From: Octopus bimaculoides
Taxonomy: Eukaryota
Length of the DNA: 64,000 bases
Direction: 5' to 3'
Assembly (NCBI RefSeq): GCF_001194135.2
Contig: NC_068988.1
Coordinates: 20,730,800 to 20,794,799, forward strand
In this document: positions 40,177 to 53,175 of the stretch, piece by piece
Position numbering within the stretch: the first letter of the stretch is position 1
How the letters are laid out: each line of letters starts with the position of its first letter
The notes under the pieces: generated by a model
Database searches by the model: none
What the model was told of the DNA's origin: nothing
Seen by the model: the letters and a program-made list of their open reading frames with translations, nothing else
Made by a program: the position numbers and the translations under genes

Positions 40177-40271
40177 TTACATTATTTACATTTGACGGAT
40201 ATTTGTCCTCATCTTGTTTGTTGTTAACACAACGTTTTGGCTGATATACCCTCCAGCCTTCATCAGGTGTT
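40177..40271 (-). mobile_element. Probable Penelope-like element terminal-repeat fragment carrying the hammerhead
   Basis: Short segment embedding the hammerhead motif. Such minimal hammerheads are characteristic of PLE terminal repeats. The family assignment is inferred from the ribozyme alone. Confidence 0.55.
40226..40271 (-). ncRNA. Minimal type I hammerhead ribozyme motif (Penelope-type) with G12 changed to A
   Basis: Minus strand reads AACAC-CUGAUGA-A-GGCUG-gagggUAUAU-CAGCC-AAAA-CGUU-GUGUU. Stem I is AACAC/GUGUU, core is CUGAUGA, stem II is GGCUG/CAGCC, AAAA replaces GAAA, and the palindrome AACGUU supplies stem III and a GUU cleavage triplet. Confidence 0.75.
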
Positions 40272-40990
40272 TTGACAGTAACTGCTGTAAGAAGAAATCT
40301 AACAATGCAATCTAGTCTTCAATGATAACTTTTGGGGAGAATTTTAGCCTCAAGATTGTTGTCAGTTCAAATCGGTACCCTGGCTCTTGAAGAATTCGCA
40401 GGAACTCCAATATCATCTTGGAGCAATGAGTTAACCAATAATTTAATCAAGACCGCATGCTTAAAGTTTCATTCCAGAAGACCTTGATACTTCTGTTTAT
40501 GTTTGCACAGTATGAAGCCAGTATAGTTTGTCTCATTACTTAGTGGTTTGAGAAACAGAGAGTGATAATAGAAGTATGGAAATTGTATGATTGACTTAAA
40601 GACATTGACCCCAACATGGCCACAATCAAACAGACTGACTCATCAATTTCAATGAATGAATGCCAGTTATTTTATCAAGTGAACTGCCTATTTATTGACT
40701 TACAGCATAAGCAGTAGAGTGATGCACAGACAAACTCACCCTTAATGTATTCAGGAGGCACAATCTACCCGACACTGTGAGACATGGATGAGCCCTTGAA
40801 TTACAGGAGCAATTGACTCAGTTGGGCTCTGTGCAGCTTATATTCAAACAACAGACACACACACACACACAAGTCTATGCTGGCTGACACTCAATGAGTT
40901 GTGGTGTGAGACTGAAACCAGGATCACATGGCTGTTTTAAGTGAGCTTCTTAACCACATAGCTATGCAAAGGTCATACACAGTTGAACAT

Positions 40991-41214
40991 TTCGCCCGGC
41001 TAGGTTCGGAGTCCCCTCGATAGGGGCTGCCCAGAGCGGGTGCCAGGCCCATTCGGAGCCGGCGGCGATCGGCGGTGTTCTTTTCGGCCCGAGAGTCAGG
41101 TTGCTTGGGAACGCAGCCCAAAGCGGGTGGTAAGCTCCATCCAAGGCTAAATACGGGGATGAGTCCGATAGCCGACAAGTACCGCGAGGGAAAGTTGAAA
41201 AGAACTTTGGAGAG
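40991..41214 (+). rRNA. Isolated ~225-bp fragment of 28S (LSU) rRNA, D1 region; a non-functional copy
   Basis: GC-rich island containing the conserved LSU stretch GAGTCAGGTTGCTTGGGAACGCAGCCCAAAGCGGGTGGTAAGCTCCATCCAAGGCTAAATAC...GACAAGTACCGCGAGGGAAAGTTGAAAAGAACTTTG. No 5.8S, ITS or further 28S sequence on either side. Confidence 0.93.
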
Positions 41215-41350
41215 GAACCAGAAGAATCAACTCCAGTACTAGAATGGAACTTTATTTATCAACCCCAAATGGATTTAAGGCAAGCTTGACCTTAGCAGGG
41301 TTTGACCTCAGGTGCAGAGAAAGACAAAGACTGCAAGATATTCCCCATAA

Positions 41351-41390
<40 letters not shown>

Positions 41391-41769
41391 CCACACTTAT
41401 CATCATCATCGGTTTATATTAATTTTCAACACTGGCATAAGCTGGACTGATGATCTAAGTCACTCCCTATTTCTGAGTCACTGTGGAGGTCAGAGGACCA
41501 CATTTTGCCCTTACGTTCCATTTTTCACATGGTCACTATGGATGGATGTTCTTCCCAACACCAACCATTTTGCAAGAGTAACGAAGATACATTTGATTGT
41601 GACACAAGTACTAATAATACCATCATGTCCTCAACAAGACTTTTAAAGAATCCTCGTGATTTAATATTGCTTCTGCTAACCACTTTACAAGGATGTTCTG
41701 TACTGGGTGCATTTTATAGTAGAACCAGCAGTGGTGAGCTTGCTTTGTACCTCACAAAACTAAATAGGT

Positions 41770-41805
<36 letters not shown>

Positions 41806-42450
41806 CTCATGTTATGCTTAGAAACAATGCACGTTACCAGAATTTTAAACTCAAATAGAACAAAGAACTCCAAATCCTTAAAATATCATTAATTGATCTG
41901 ACTTCATTTTATACACACACACACACAAATGTGTACATGTGTGTGTGTGGGCGCATGGTACCGTGAGGGAAATGAAGAGGAAGAAAAATCCTCTAACAGC
42001 AACTAGGAGTAACACTTGACACTTGTGATAGGAATAACTATTTATATAACAGTGCCTATCAAAGTGGCCACATTCCAAAGCTTCCTGGAAAGGCAAGTTA
42101 GAGGGAAAAAAAAAGATGGTTGAACATTTTAAATGTATCAATGGATAGCAAGCAGCTGGCTACTATAAACTACTTCCTGATGCAGCCTGTTTACTATGAA
42201 TGTCAATGTGGTTAGAGTGAAATACTATTGCAGAATATTGATTACAGAAAAATCAGCACCCAAACTCAACACACACATATACAGAATCATCCTCATCATT
42301 TTACGTCTGAGTTCCATACTGGATTGGACTGGACGTTATATATTTCAATATAAAAGCCTGGAAATAAAAGGTCTTGAGATCATGTTCTAGATTGTGTAGC
42401 AAGAGTATAAATGCTGTAAAGAATGCTGAATGATAAAAATAGTGACTCAC

Positions 42451-42749
42451 CTTTCCATCAGAATCTTCACTAATCCTATAGTGGTAAACCCTTCCTTCAT
42501 ATCGTACAGATATGGAGCGTTGACCCGGGCTACTTTCACTCTCGCGAACTAAAAAGCTGCCGTTAATTCCACTGCTTAGTAAATATTCCGAAGCATTCCT
42601 GGATATAGGTCCATGGTACCAGGAGAATTTGTCTAAGCTATTAACTGGAGCAATATAGTTACTTGGTACCCAACCAATGTCACCAGCTTTGTTCTTTACC
42701 TCACACCATTCACCACCTTTGTTGTAGCCAAGAATCGTCATTTGTTCAC
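42451..42749 (-). CDS. Abl: Abl tyrosine kinase internal exon (equivalent to human ABL1 exon 3): SH3 C-terminal part and SH2
   Basis: Translation is (G)[99 protein letters not shown], with the SH3 WVPSNY and SH2 FLVRES motifs. Acceptor tgcAG at 42751-42750, donor GTGAGT from 42450. Length 299 nt, phase 1 to phase 0, in frame with the 62826-62993 exon. Confidence 0.98.
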
Positions 42750-42964
42750 CTGCACAGATAAAACAAAAGAGAGTTTAGTCATTTGAGAGTACAACAAAGG
42801 ATGAAGAGGTTAAATAAATACAAGAACAAGATACTCATAACTTAGTTGTTCAGAATGGTTGTAGCAGGTTTTCAATTTTTCTGACAGTGGAGAGTAAAAT
42901 TTAACCTAAAAGTTGAAGTAATAAAGATATCAACCCAATACAATACAACAGAAAATTTAAACTA

Positions 42965-43141
42965 TCATATTTACTCAAACATAAGTCACGCTATTTTATA
43001 CTTGATGTCAACAGGCAAAGCTGGGGTGTAACTTATGCACAGGGCAAAGCTAAATGAGGAAGAAAAGTTTTTTTTTACCAAGAATTAACACTAAATTAGG
43101 GATTAACACTAAATTGGTGACTTATACACAAGTAAATATGG
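42965..43141. mobile_element. Short pogo/Tc2-type MITE about 200 bp upstream of the SH2 exon acceptor
   Basis: Left end ta-tcatatttactcaaacataagtcac; right end, reverse-complemented, ta-ccatatttacttgtgtataagtcac. Confidence 0.75.
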
Positions 43142-43184
43142 TAAAAACAAATGAAAACTTAAATCTAATTTTAAAATAATTATT

Positions 43185-43630
43185 TCTAAATAAGACACAA
43201 GGCCAACAATTTTTGAGCAGGGGAGCTTAATTAATTACATTGTACACAGTAAGTGACTGGTATTTTATTTTATCAACCCTAAAAGGACAAAAGGCAAAGT
43301 TAACTATAGCAGGGTTTGAACTCAGAACATAAAGAGCTGGAATAAACACTGCAAAGTATTTTCTTTGACATTCTAATGATTCTACCAATCCACTGCACTA
43401 ATTTAACCTAAAAATAATGACATGCTAAATGTAACTTAAAAATAATGGTTTCTGACCTAGGCACAAAACCAGCAATTTTGAGGAGAGGAAGGTGTGAGTC
43501 AATATTATTGACCCTACTACAAGACTTGGAGGGATAAAAGGCAAAACTGACAACAGTGTGGTTTGAACTTGGGGTGTAAAGAGCAAGAACAAATACTGCA
43601 AAGCAGTTTGTCCAACACTCTTAATAGTTC
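43185..43630 (-). mobile_element. Two tandem diverged SINE D copies
   Basis: Repeated aaggcaaa.t.ac...tttgaact...gtaaagag motif. Confidence 0.7.
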
Positions 43631-45934
43631 TGCCAACTTGCTGCCTTCTAAGTTAAAAATAATAAAAAAAAAGTATCATTTAAACATTTAAAGAATCACT
43701 AAAAATTAAAAAGTAATTAAAAAGCACATCATCATCGTCATTTAAAATCCATTTTCCATGCTGGAATGGGTTGGACAAGGCCAGAAGCTGTATCAAGCGC
43801 CATTGTCTGTTTTGGTATGCTTTCTAAGCTGGATGCCCTTCCTAATGCCAACCACTTTACAGAGTGATTATCGTGTGGCACTAGCACCAGTGCTTTATAT
43901 GTGGCACCAGCACCCTTATGGTCACCAAGTACTTTGCAAGACCCCACCCCAAAAATGTGAAATTTAAATTATCAAATAAAAATAACCTAAAACACAATAA
44001 AGTAAAATGTATGTCACAAATGGTAAAAATTAACAAAGTTTTGCTAGGAGAGAATAAAACTAACATCTATTGTTCAATGGAATAATTTTACCATGTAGCC
44101 AAGTCCTATCTGCAAGCAACAATCAATGGTAGCTTATAGGCAGAAATGGGATAAACACCTTCATATTTTAAATTCTTGATTCAGAAAGAGATTCTTTTTC
44201 CTGTCATGAATATAGAATTTATTAGTATTGTTCACATATCAATGAAAGTTTTTTGTCCTCCTTCTATTTTCCTTTAGTAAGATAGTTTACTCTAAAGCTT
44301 ATATTTTGTATTGTATTTAAGGAAAGGGGAAAAAAAAACATTTCTATATCACATAACACTAAACTGTTACTAGATTTGAACTTTCACGCTATGCTTTACA
44401 TTGACCAATAAATAATTAACTTTACTCCTCCTTTCCCCACTAAAATAAAAAATAAAGAAAGAAAAATGGTAAGTTGTTCTATTTGATGCAGAAGAAGAAG
44501 GACAATGACATTATAATCTTTAAAAAAAAATACTATAGTAAGAATTAAATTTTATTCTAAAAACAGTAAACATTTCAATTTAACCTAAAAACACTCAAAG
44601 TTCAAACTTAACTAAAAAGAACACTAACATTTAAATTTGACTCAGAAACACCAAAAAGTTTAAATTTAACCTAAAGAGAAAATATACAAAATATACAAAT
44701 TAGACTGAAACGAAAACCAATATTTCTCTTATGTCATTAGAATGCCATTAATTGTGCAGTAGTTCCAGTTACCCAAGCACCACTTCCAGATACACTGAGG
44801 CTAACAATTACACATAAGTTCCACCACTTACAGCAGTGAACTTTCTCTCTCCAAAATAACTTCGCACATCCAAACAGAGTGGTTTATTGAGAGCCAAGAC
44901 AAGTGCAGTAATGATCACAAAAACACAAATCACTGAGTCTTCAGCTGTCAAGTCAATGAAGTTGGCCAGCTGCAAATAGCCCTCTGTTAAGAGCCTACCG
45001 CTCCTGTCAGCTCCTGGAAATGGTTAAATGCTAGCCAGGCCATGTAGTCAGCTGGCAACAATATTAGGATATTTCTTATCAGACACACAGGGCTGATGAG
45101 TGTTTCTTTAAGAAAACAAATTATAGATGGTATGTCAATGAACACGACTAGCTCTGTAGTAATGTCATTTATGAGATCAACCAAGAAAAATTACTCTCCC
45201 CACCACAACAAATTATTGAACTCAACTTTTGAATTCAATACAGAGCTTGATGGATAACACCAGCAGACTTTGTCAAATGTTAATATAGATATAGTCCAAC
45301 CTTTTTGTCATTATTTTAATATTCTCATACTTTAAGGCAGTGAGCTGGCAGAATCATTAGCAAGGCACTGGGGTTGATGTAATCGACTTAATCTTTTTGT
45401 TTGTCCTTGTTTGTCCCCTCTATGTTTAGCCCCTTGTGGGTAATAAAGAAATAAGAATCATTAGCATGGCAGGCAAAATGCTTAGTGGCATTTCATCTGA
45501 CTTTATGTTCTGAGTTCAAATTCTGTCAAACTCCACTTTGTCTGTTATCCTTTTGGGGGTCGATAAAATAAGTACCAGTTGGCACTGGGGTTGATGTAAT
45601 CAACTTATCCCTACCCCGAAATTGATGGCCTTGTGTAGTCCAACCTGCTTTATCATTCTTTATTTTAATATTCTCATACTTCACAACAATCATTTCAACT
45701 AGATCTTAGGAGCTATGTTTCTGCTCCTATATATGTCTGTCTGTGTATACATATATTTGCACATGTGTTGGACTACTTTCAGAAAACTAAAAGTAGTTAT
45801 TTAGGGCTGCTCTGATAACTTAAAATTACTAACTATTATTAAGCTATAACTAAATTTTCATTGCTTATGAAGTCTGGGACCTCTCACTCACAACAACAAC
45901 TTCATATTATACAGATAAGTGTTGGCTTTGTAGT

Positions 45935-46723
45935 ATCTCTTTTACTTGTTTCAGTCATTTGACTGCAGCCATGCTGGAGCACCGCCTTCAGTCGAGCAAA
46001 TCGACCCCAGGACTTATTCTTTGTAACCCTAGTACTAATTCTATCGGTTTCTTTTTGCCGAAGCGCTAAGTTACGGGGACAAACACAGACACACAAACAC
46101 ACATACATATATATATATGTATGTGTATGACAGGCATCTNNNNNNNNNNNNNNNNNNNNNNNNNNNNNNNNNNNNNNNNNNNNNNNNNNNNNNNNNNNNN
46201 NNNNNNNNNNNNNNNNNNNNNNNNNNNNNNNNNNNNNNNNNNNNNNNNNNNNNNNNNNNNNNNNNNNNNNNNNNNNNNNNNNNNNNNNNNNNNNNNNNNN
46301 NNNNNNNNNNNNNNNNNNNNNNNNNNNNNNNNNNNNNNNNNNNNNNNNNNNNNNNNNNNNNNNNNNNNNNNNNNNNNNNNNNNNNNNNNNNNNNNNNNNN
46401 NNNNNNNNNNNNNNNNNNNNNNNNNNNNNNNNNNNNNNNNNNNNNNNNNNNNNNNNNNNNNNNNNNNNAACCTGTCGTATATATGTATATATATATGTGT
46501 GCGTGTGTGTATATTTGTGTGTCTGTGCTTGTCCCCGCAACATCGCTTGACAACCGATGCTGGTGTGTTTACGTCCCCGTAACTTAGCGGTTCGGCAAAA
46601 GAAACCGATAGAATAAGTACTAGGCTTACAAAGAATAAGTCCTGGGGTCAATTTGCTCGACTAAAGGCGGTGCTCCAGCATGGCCACAGTCAAATGACTG
46701 AAACAAGTAAAAGAGTAAAAGAG
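45935..46723. mobile_element. Inverted pair of SINE A copies (minus 45935-46139; plus 46469-46723) around a 329-N gap
   Basis: Both arms point away from the gap and end at the position where the head would begin. Confidence 0.85.
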
Positions 46724-46729
46724 TATACC

Positions 46730-47492
46730 AAAGGGATGAAAGGCAAAGCTAAACTTGGCAGAATTTGAACTGAAACAAATACCACATGGTATTTTGTTCC
46801 ACATTTAAATGGTTCTTTCAATGTACTACACCTAAATAACAAGAATAGCTGTTTCTGGCATTGAGTTCTTTATTTTTTTAGCACAGACACACAACCTGAA
46901 ATTTGGTGTGAGGGGAAAATCTATATCATTGATCATACCACCTTCTTATTATGATAACCCTAATCCTTTTGACTATAGGCACGACACCTGAAATTTTGGG
47001 AGAAGGGCCTAGTCGATTACATTGATCCTAGTGCTTAACTGATACTTTATTTCATTGACCCTGAAAGGATGAAAAGCAAAGCCAACCTTGGCAGAACTTG
47101 AACTCAGAATGTAAAGACAGACAAAATTCCACTAAGCATTTTGCCTGATGTGCAAACAATTCTGCCAGTACATCACTTTAATAATAATTATAATAATGAT
47201 AATAATAATAGTAATCCTTTCTATTGTAGGCACAAGGCCTGAAATTTTGGAGGAGGGGCGCTAGTTGATTACATCGTCCCCAGTTTTGAACTGGTATTTA
47301 CTTCACCAACTCTGAAAGGATGAAAAACAAAGTCAAACCTTGGCAGAATTTGAACTCAAATTGTAAAACCGGAAGAAATGCTGCCAAGTACTTTGTTTAG
47401 TGTGTTTGCAATTTTGCTATCTTCCCACTTTATAATAATAATAATAATAATACTCTTTTCTACTATAGGCACAAGAACTGGAATTTGCGGGG
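46730..47492 (-). mobile_element. Tandem stack of SINE D copies separated by (AAT)n
   Basis: Copies at ~46960-47180 and 47214-47425, partial ones at 46730-46800, and another copy starting at ~47455 and running into the gap. Further D copies: 22715-22925(-), 41230-41345(-), 45336-45640(+). Confidence 0.75.
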
Positions 47493-48198
47493 NNNNNNNN
47501 NNNNNNNNNNNNNNNNNNNNNNNNNNNNNNNNNNNNNNNNNNNNNNNNNNNNNNNNNNNNNNNNNNNNNNNNNNNNNNNNNNNNNNNNNNNNNNNNNNNN
47601 NNNNNNNNNNNNNNNNNNNNNNNNNNNNNNNNNNNNNNNNNNNNNNNNNNNNNNNNNNNNNNNNNNNNNNNNNNNNNNNNNNNNNNNNNNNNNNNNNNNN
47701 NNNNNNNNNNNNNNNNNNNNNNNNNNNNNNNNNNNNNNNNNNNNNNNNNNNNNNNNNNNNNNNNNNNNNNNNNNNNNNNNNNNNNNNNNNNNNNNNNNNN
47801 NNNNNNNNNNNNNNNNNNNNNNNNNNNNNNNNNNNNNNNNNNNNNNNNNNNNNNNNNNNNNNNNNNNNNNNNNNNNNNNNNNNNNNNNNNNNNNNNNNNN
47901 NNNNNNNNNNNNNNNNNNNNNNNNNNNNNNNNNNNNNNNNNNNNNNNNNNNNNNNNNNNNNNNNNNNNNNNNNNNNNNNNNNNNNNNNNNNNNNNNNNNN
48001 NNNNNNNNNNNNNNNNNNNNNNNNNNNNNNNNNNNNNNNNNNNNNNNNNNNNNNNNNNNNNNNNNNNNNNNNNNNNNNNNNNNNNNNNNNNNNNNNNNNN
48101 NNNNNNNNNNNNNNNNNNNNNNNNNNNNNNNNNNNNNNNNNNNNNNNNNNNNNNNNNNNNNNNNNNNNNNNNNNNNNNNNNNNNNNNNNNNNNNNNNN

Positions 48199-48274
<76 letters not shown>
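48199..48274 (+). repeat. (CAA)n microsatellite at the edge of gap 47493-48198
   Basis: Directly visible. Confidence 0.95.
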
Positions 48275-50133
48275 GTACAAAGCCAGAAAGAGGAATAGTC
48301 AATTAATTCAATTCTAGTATGGACTGGTAATTTACTTTATCAACCCTCAGAAGAATAAAAGGCAAAAGTTAATAAAAGTTAACTGCTGGTGTGAAGCATG
48401 TTACACATGCACACATACATCTACAGTAGTAATAAATAAAGTGCTTGCCCTAAGTGCTTTGTGAACAGTAACAGTCAGCTGAAGGAAGACTCAAGTTAAG
48501 CCAGATGTCAAAACTTAAAAGAAACAGAGCGCAAAAGAAAAAAAAAAATCTTTGGAGTTAGAAAGGAAAGAAATAGCAAACATAAAGTAATTTGGAAATT
48601 GGTATGGGAGCACCCATCAGAGAACATGACTTGTAACTTGAAATGAGCAGCAACACAAACACACAAACAACTAGTGTATGTGTCTAAGAACATGTATACT
48701 TGAATGATTCATTATTAGATATCTTAACCCTTTTAATAGAAACCCCCACATGAATTCTTCTCTCATTCTATGATATAAATCTGTCTATTTTAAAATATTT
48801 ATGTTGAAATTTAAATCTCCTATTATAGTTTTATTTAATAAGCCTGCCAGTGTTCCAAATTCTAAGTAAAATAATGAAAATAATGGAAAAAATAGGTTGT
48901 TAAATTTACTATCCCTTGCCCACAGAAAAAAAAAAAAAATTCTAAATTATTTTTAAAACTGAAAAATATAGGGCAGTGTGTTAGTAATACAGCTATGGAA
49001 GGTTTTAAATTATACTAAGGTTTCACTTATACATCTAAAGAAACCTAAAAGTTTTCTGGGTGCTTTGAATGTATTCATGCATATGTACACACTCATGTTT
49101 ATTCAAAAGGAAGGCCGGTACTTTACCCATGTAATGCAATATTAAAAGAGAATATCTAGGCAGGAGATTAGGTTTTACGCATTTTCTATTCAGAGACAAA
49201 TCTATATAAAAAAATGAGAGATGATGAGGATAGTGGTAGTGGTGGTAGTGCTAATGATTGCGATGAGAGGGGGTGATAATGAAAACTGGTGATAATGAAA
49301 ACTGGTGATAATAATGGTGATGGAGGTGGTGAAGATCGTTTCTGCTATTTAGCCCCAAAGATACCTATCATAAAAGTATACCATCCTTTACTTATTTTTT
49401 TTTTCTCAGATACAGTATGCCTAGGAATCCTATTATTCAAATTGTCATTTCTGGATTTTAAGAAGGCAGGATGAAACTGGAGAGATATTTGACTTTTATT
49501 TCTAGCAGATCAAACAACCAGGCTAAAGGCTCCTCATCCACTGGTAATTTTTTCTGTTAGGTTAATGTAATTACTCTTCATCTCCCAAGTCACTAACAAA
49601 CCAATTCAAGCAGATTTATGGTACACAAGTAGCTTGTTGAATGTATAGATGTGACCCATATACCCAGTACTGTAGATCTCTCACATGCAGCAGTTTGTAT
49701 GAACTGCAGTGCAGCAATATAGATGTGTTGCATTGTCTTTATTATCTACTTTGCTCGTGAATGCAGTGAAAATGTACTGAGTAGCTTTTGCCTAGATTTG
49801 GCCAGTATGATGAAGGTCTTCTAGAATTTTAGAGCAAGGGCCACTGAAACAACATTTACCTTTTGTCCGGTTTCATTCATTGAATTGCAGCCATGCTGGG
49901 GACACTGCCTTGAAAGCTTTAGTTGAACAACTTCACACCCCTACACCACCACCCGCATATTTATTTTTGAAGTTTGGCTCCCCTACTCCTATATTCATTT
50001 CTGAAGTATTTTTAAATAGGATTTAAAGTTTTAAATTCTATTGGACTATTTTGACAAACCACGAAGTTATGGGGATGTAAACAAACTAACACCTGATGTC
50101 AAGCGTTGGTGTAACAAACATAAATACATCATG

Positions 50134-50224
<91 letters not shown>

Positions 50225-50231
<7 letters not shown>

Positions 50232-50480
50232 CAATGGGCTTCTACACAGTTTCTTATTTCTTTATTGCCCACAAGGGGCTAAACATAAAGGAGACAAACA
50301 AGGACAGACAAATGGATTAAGTCGATTACATCGACCCCAGTGAGTAACTGGTACTTAATTCATCGACCCCGAAAGGATGAAAGCCAAAGTTGACCTCGGC
50401 GGAATTTGAACGCAGAACATAATATGGCAGACGAAATACCGCTAAGCATTTTGCCCAGCGTGCTAACATTTCTGCCAGCT
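50225..50480 (-). mobile_element. SINE family D (core gcctttcatcctttcggggtcgat, (ATT)n-associated), inserted into an older SINE A
   Basis: A clean copy. SINE A pieces lie at ~50040-50130 and 50485-50640. The core resembles my recollection of the Nin/Deu SINE domain, which I have not verified. Confidence 0.85.
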
Positions 50481-50754
50481 GGCCGCTGGGCTTCTATACA
50501 GTTTCTGCCTACTAAATCCACTCACAAGGCATAAATAAACTCAGAGCTATAGCAGGTGACACTTGCCCAAGGTACCACTCAGTGGGACTGAACCCAAAAC
50601 CACATGGCTGTAAAGTAAGTATCTTAAATACACAGATATACTTTTTATTATTATTATTTTTTCCTGCTTTATCGCTTTATTAAGGTTCAGCCAAACAAAA
50701 GAAGCAGTACTCGTAAGGTTCACAAAAGAAATTGATACAGATGTTCAAACTGTA

Positions 50755-51215
<461 letters not shown>

Positions 51216-51557
51216 TGTTGAACATTACTCTTAATGCTTGCAGGTGAAACACGAGCAGGAGGAAATTCCAGAGAATTTCTGGGATGATATGACTGGAAAT
51301 AGTAGTGGGTGTAGGGTGAGATATTGTCTGGGTGTCAAAAGGAGGTGGGTTTAGTTTGTGGGGTGGGCCAGGGTGGAGATGATATGTAATTAGCCGGCTC
51401 CAAGGACTTGAGACTATTCCAGTCACAAAGCTAGAAGAAAAGTGAGGAGATAATGAGTCTGTGAGCTAAGGGGTGTAATGTTTTAAAGAGTGGTTATTTG
51501 TCAGGCATTCAGATTAGCCCTTTTTATGATGTGGTCTGGGATGTTGTTTGTGTAGGG

Positions 51558-52462
51558 CAGTGGTCCTCAAACACGGTTCACATGATCTTAGGAGTCTGTA
51601 TAAGATTATGTTGTTAAAATTTATGTGTAATAAATTACTTATACTTCTATAGTACACCAAATATTAAAGCTTTTTTTATACAATTCCTAATAATATCTCC
51701 CATGTAACATCATGTAAAAGCACCCATACGGCCCCATGTAAAAGCGTCTGTGTGGTGCCACATAAAAGCACCCAGCACACTCTGTAAAGTTGTTGGTGTT
51801 AGGTAGGGCATCCAGCCATAGAAACCATGCCAAATCAGACTGGAGTCTGGTGCAGCAACAGCACCCCCACACACACACACTTCTCCGAGCTTACCAGCTC
51901 TAGTCACACCATCCAACCCATGCCAGCATGAACAACAGACACTAAATGATGATCTCATTCTAAAAACATGTTGTTGGCACTCCATCGCTTACGACATCGA
52001 GGGTTCCAGTTGATCCGATCAACGGAACAGCCTGCTCGTGAAATTAACGTGCAAGTGGCTGAGCACTCCACAGACACATGTACCCTTAACATAGTTCTCG
52101 GGGGTATTCAACGTGACACAGTGTGACAAGGCTGACCCTTTGAATTACAGGCACAACAGAAACAGGAAGTAAGAACGAGAGAAAGTTGTGGTGGAAGAGT
52201 ACAGCAGGGTTTGCCACCATCCCCTGCCGGAGCCTTGTGGAGCTTTAGGTGTTTTTGCTCAATAAACACTCACAACGCCCGGTCTGGGAATCGAAACCGT
52301 GATCCTATGACCGCGAGTCCGCTGCCCTAACCACTGGGCCATTGTGCCTCCACCTCTAAAAACATAAATAGCATTCTTTAAACATGGAATGATGACAGAG
52401 GGTCCACCCAAGCAAAATAGGAATCAAAGGGGTCTGTAGGTAAAAAATGGTTGAGAACACCA
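51558..52462. mobile_element. Possible hAT (Charlie-like) element containing nested family C and family B insertions
   Basis: Starts cagtggtcctcaaac and ends aaaatggttgagaacac. No clear 8-bp TSD. Confidence 0.45.
51970..52353 (-). mobile_element. SINE family B, full length, with an 11-bp target-site duplication
   Basis: TCTAAAAACAT at 51959-51969 and 52355-52365. Confidence 0.93.
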
Positions 52463-53175
52463 TCCCAAATGTAGGAGCAATATTCAAGTCCCTCTTGAGC
52501 TTTGTAAAGAGTCAGTAGTTGACCAGAGCTGAAGTACTCGCTGGTTTGCAGCTAATACATGTCGCTATAGAAACTGATATCAGTAGATCATAATGTATGA
52601 AGGCTGCTGTCTATTTTTGGACATAAGAAGACAAGAAACTAAAAGAAATAATTTGTCTATTTAGGTTAATTAGTTTGAGGATTAATGAATTGAAACTTTG
52701 CCAACAACATTATGTGATGTCTCCCCAGCAAAGTCCATGGTTGTCTTAGTTTTCACAGCTGAGAAGTATGTACCACTTCTGCTTCAGTGCTGGAAGTAGG
52801 GATTGATATTAAAATGGCTGTCCAATGAGTTATAAATATACTTGGTCCCACAATTATTTATGCAAGATATCTAAACGTTCAGTGTTCCAGCTAATGACAG
52901 CATAGAATAATGAATACACAGATTTTTTTTTTTTTATGGTTAAAGAAAAGAAGAAAAAAAGCATATAGTCTATTTTATCCCTAATACTAAATTCAGAATC
53001 TCTCATGTTTAAACCTATGACCCCTTAAAACAAGTTTGCACAGCTTTGGAAATGACAATGGTCATACAACTTCGGAGGAAAATAGTGCAAGTTGTAAAAG
53101 ATTTTGTTTGAGGATTCCCTGATTCTACAAATTCTATAAGCCTTTGATGATGATAATAATAATAATAATAATAAT

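Larger units (their letters stand above)
1..42450 (-). other. Abl: Abl intron after the SH3-SH2 exon (more than 42 kb; no downstream exon recognised)
   Basis: Donor GTGAGT at 42450. I found no sequence resembling the next Abl exon (xYVxxExRFxTLAELVHHHS ... GGGQYG) by eye. It could be hidden in an N-gap or lie beyond the window. Confidence 0.7.

Noticed and set aside
42301-42741. 146-aa ORF as a stand-alone SH3-SH2 adaptor gene
   Set aside because: Abl similarity stops exactly at the GTGAGT donor (42450) and extends upstream of the Met to an AG acceptor. It is an internal exon read through into the intron.
41230-43935. Inverted repeats flanking the SH3-SH2 exon that could drive circular RNA formation
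   Set aside because: The nearest same-family copies on the two sides (SINE D at 41230 and 43185; family C-like at ~41400 and 43728) are in direct, not inverted, orientation.
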